From assembly GCF_004010195.1 (NCBI RefSeq), contig NC_057719.1, positions 70,339,728-70,373,354 on the forward strand: a stretch of DNA of 33,627 bases, read 5' to 3'. Numbering within the stretch: position 1 is the first letter of the stretch; every line of letters begins with the position of its first letter. Below are positions 33,220 to 33,627 of the stretch, piece after piece. Position numbers and translations under genes: made by a program. The notes beneath the pieces are model-generated. The model ran no database searches. It saw only the letters and a program-made list of their open reading frames with translations, and was not told the origin of the DNA. This DNA is from Chiloscyllium plagiosum (lineage: Eukaryota).

Positions 33220-33627
33220 TAGAGTCATAGAGATGTACAACATGGAAACAGACTCTTCGATCCAACCCGTCCACGCTGACCAGACATCCCAACCCAATTT
33301 AGTCCCATCTGCCAGCACCCAGACTATATCCCTCCAAACCTTTCCTGTTCATATACCCATCCAGATGCCTTTTAAATGTTACAATTGTACTAGCCTTCAC
33401 CACTTCGTTTGGCAGCTCATTCCATACACGTACCACCCTCTGTGTGAAAACGTTGCCCCGTAGGTCTCTTTTATATCCTTCCCCTCTCACCCTAAACCTA
33501 TGCCCTCTAGTTCTGGACTCCCCCACCCCAGGGAAAAGACTTTGCTTATTTACCCTATCCATACCCCTCATAATTTGGAAACCTCTATAAGGTCACCCCT
33601 CAGCATCCAATGCTCCAGGGAAAACAG
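33220..33627 (-). mobile_element. HER1/CR1 3' end, running off the window
   Basis: ORF 33299..33571 MRGMDRVNKQSLFPG..FTQRVVRVWNELP. Tail tagagtcatagag. Confidence 0.95.

Noticed and set aside
1..33627. CRISPR array, prokaryotic operon or defence system
   Set aside because: No regularly spaced repeat-spacer array or long intronless ORFs. The content is typical vertebrate repeat-rich DNA.

Overview
This is eukaryotic, AT-rich, repeat-dense genomic DNA from a cartilaginous fish. The shark assignment (probably a carpet/bamboo-shark type) is inferred from HE1 SINEs, HER1/CR1 LINEs, a Deu-domain SINE and shark-type Penelope elements. Roughly half the window is decayed, often nested retroelements: CR1/HER1, a second CR1/L2-group LINE, RTE, Penelope-like elements with hammerhead-ribozyme relics, a Gypsy LTR element, several tRNA-derived SINE families, a Tigger-like MITE and a tRNA-Glu pseudogene. 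No intact protein-coding gene is visible. The main result is that the unique DNA between the repeats can be read as about 18 minus-strand exon relics from ~33148 down to ~904. They have mostly canonical splice sites and largely phase-compatible junctions, but carry scattered in-frame stops, frameshifts and TE insertions inside exons. This suggests a large, unprocessed, dead multi-exon gene whose protein I could not assign to a known family. All exon calls come from manual reading and need homology confirmation.
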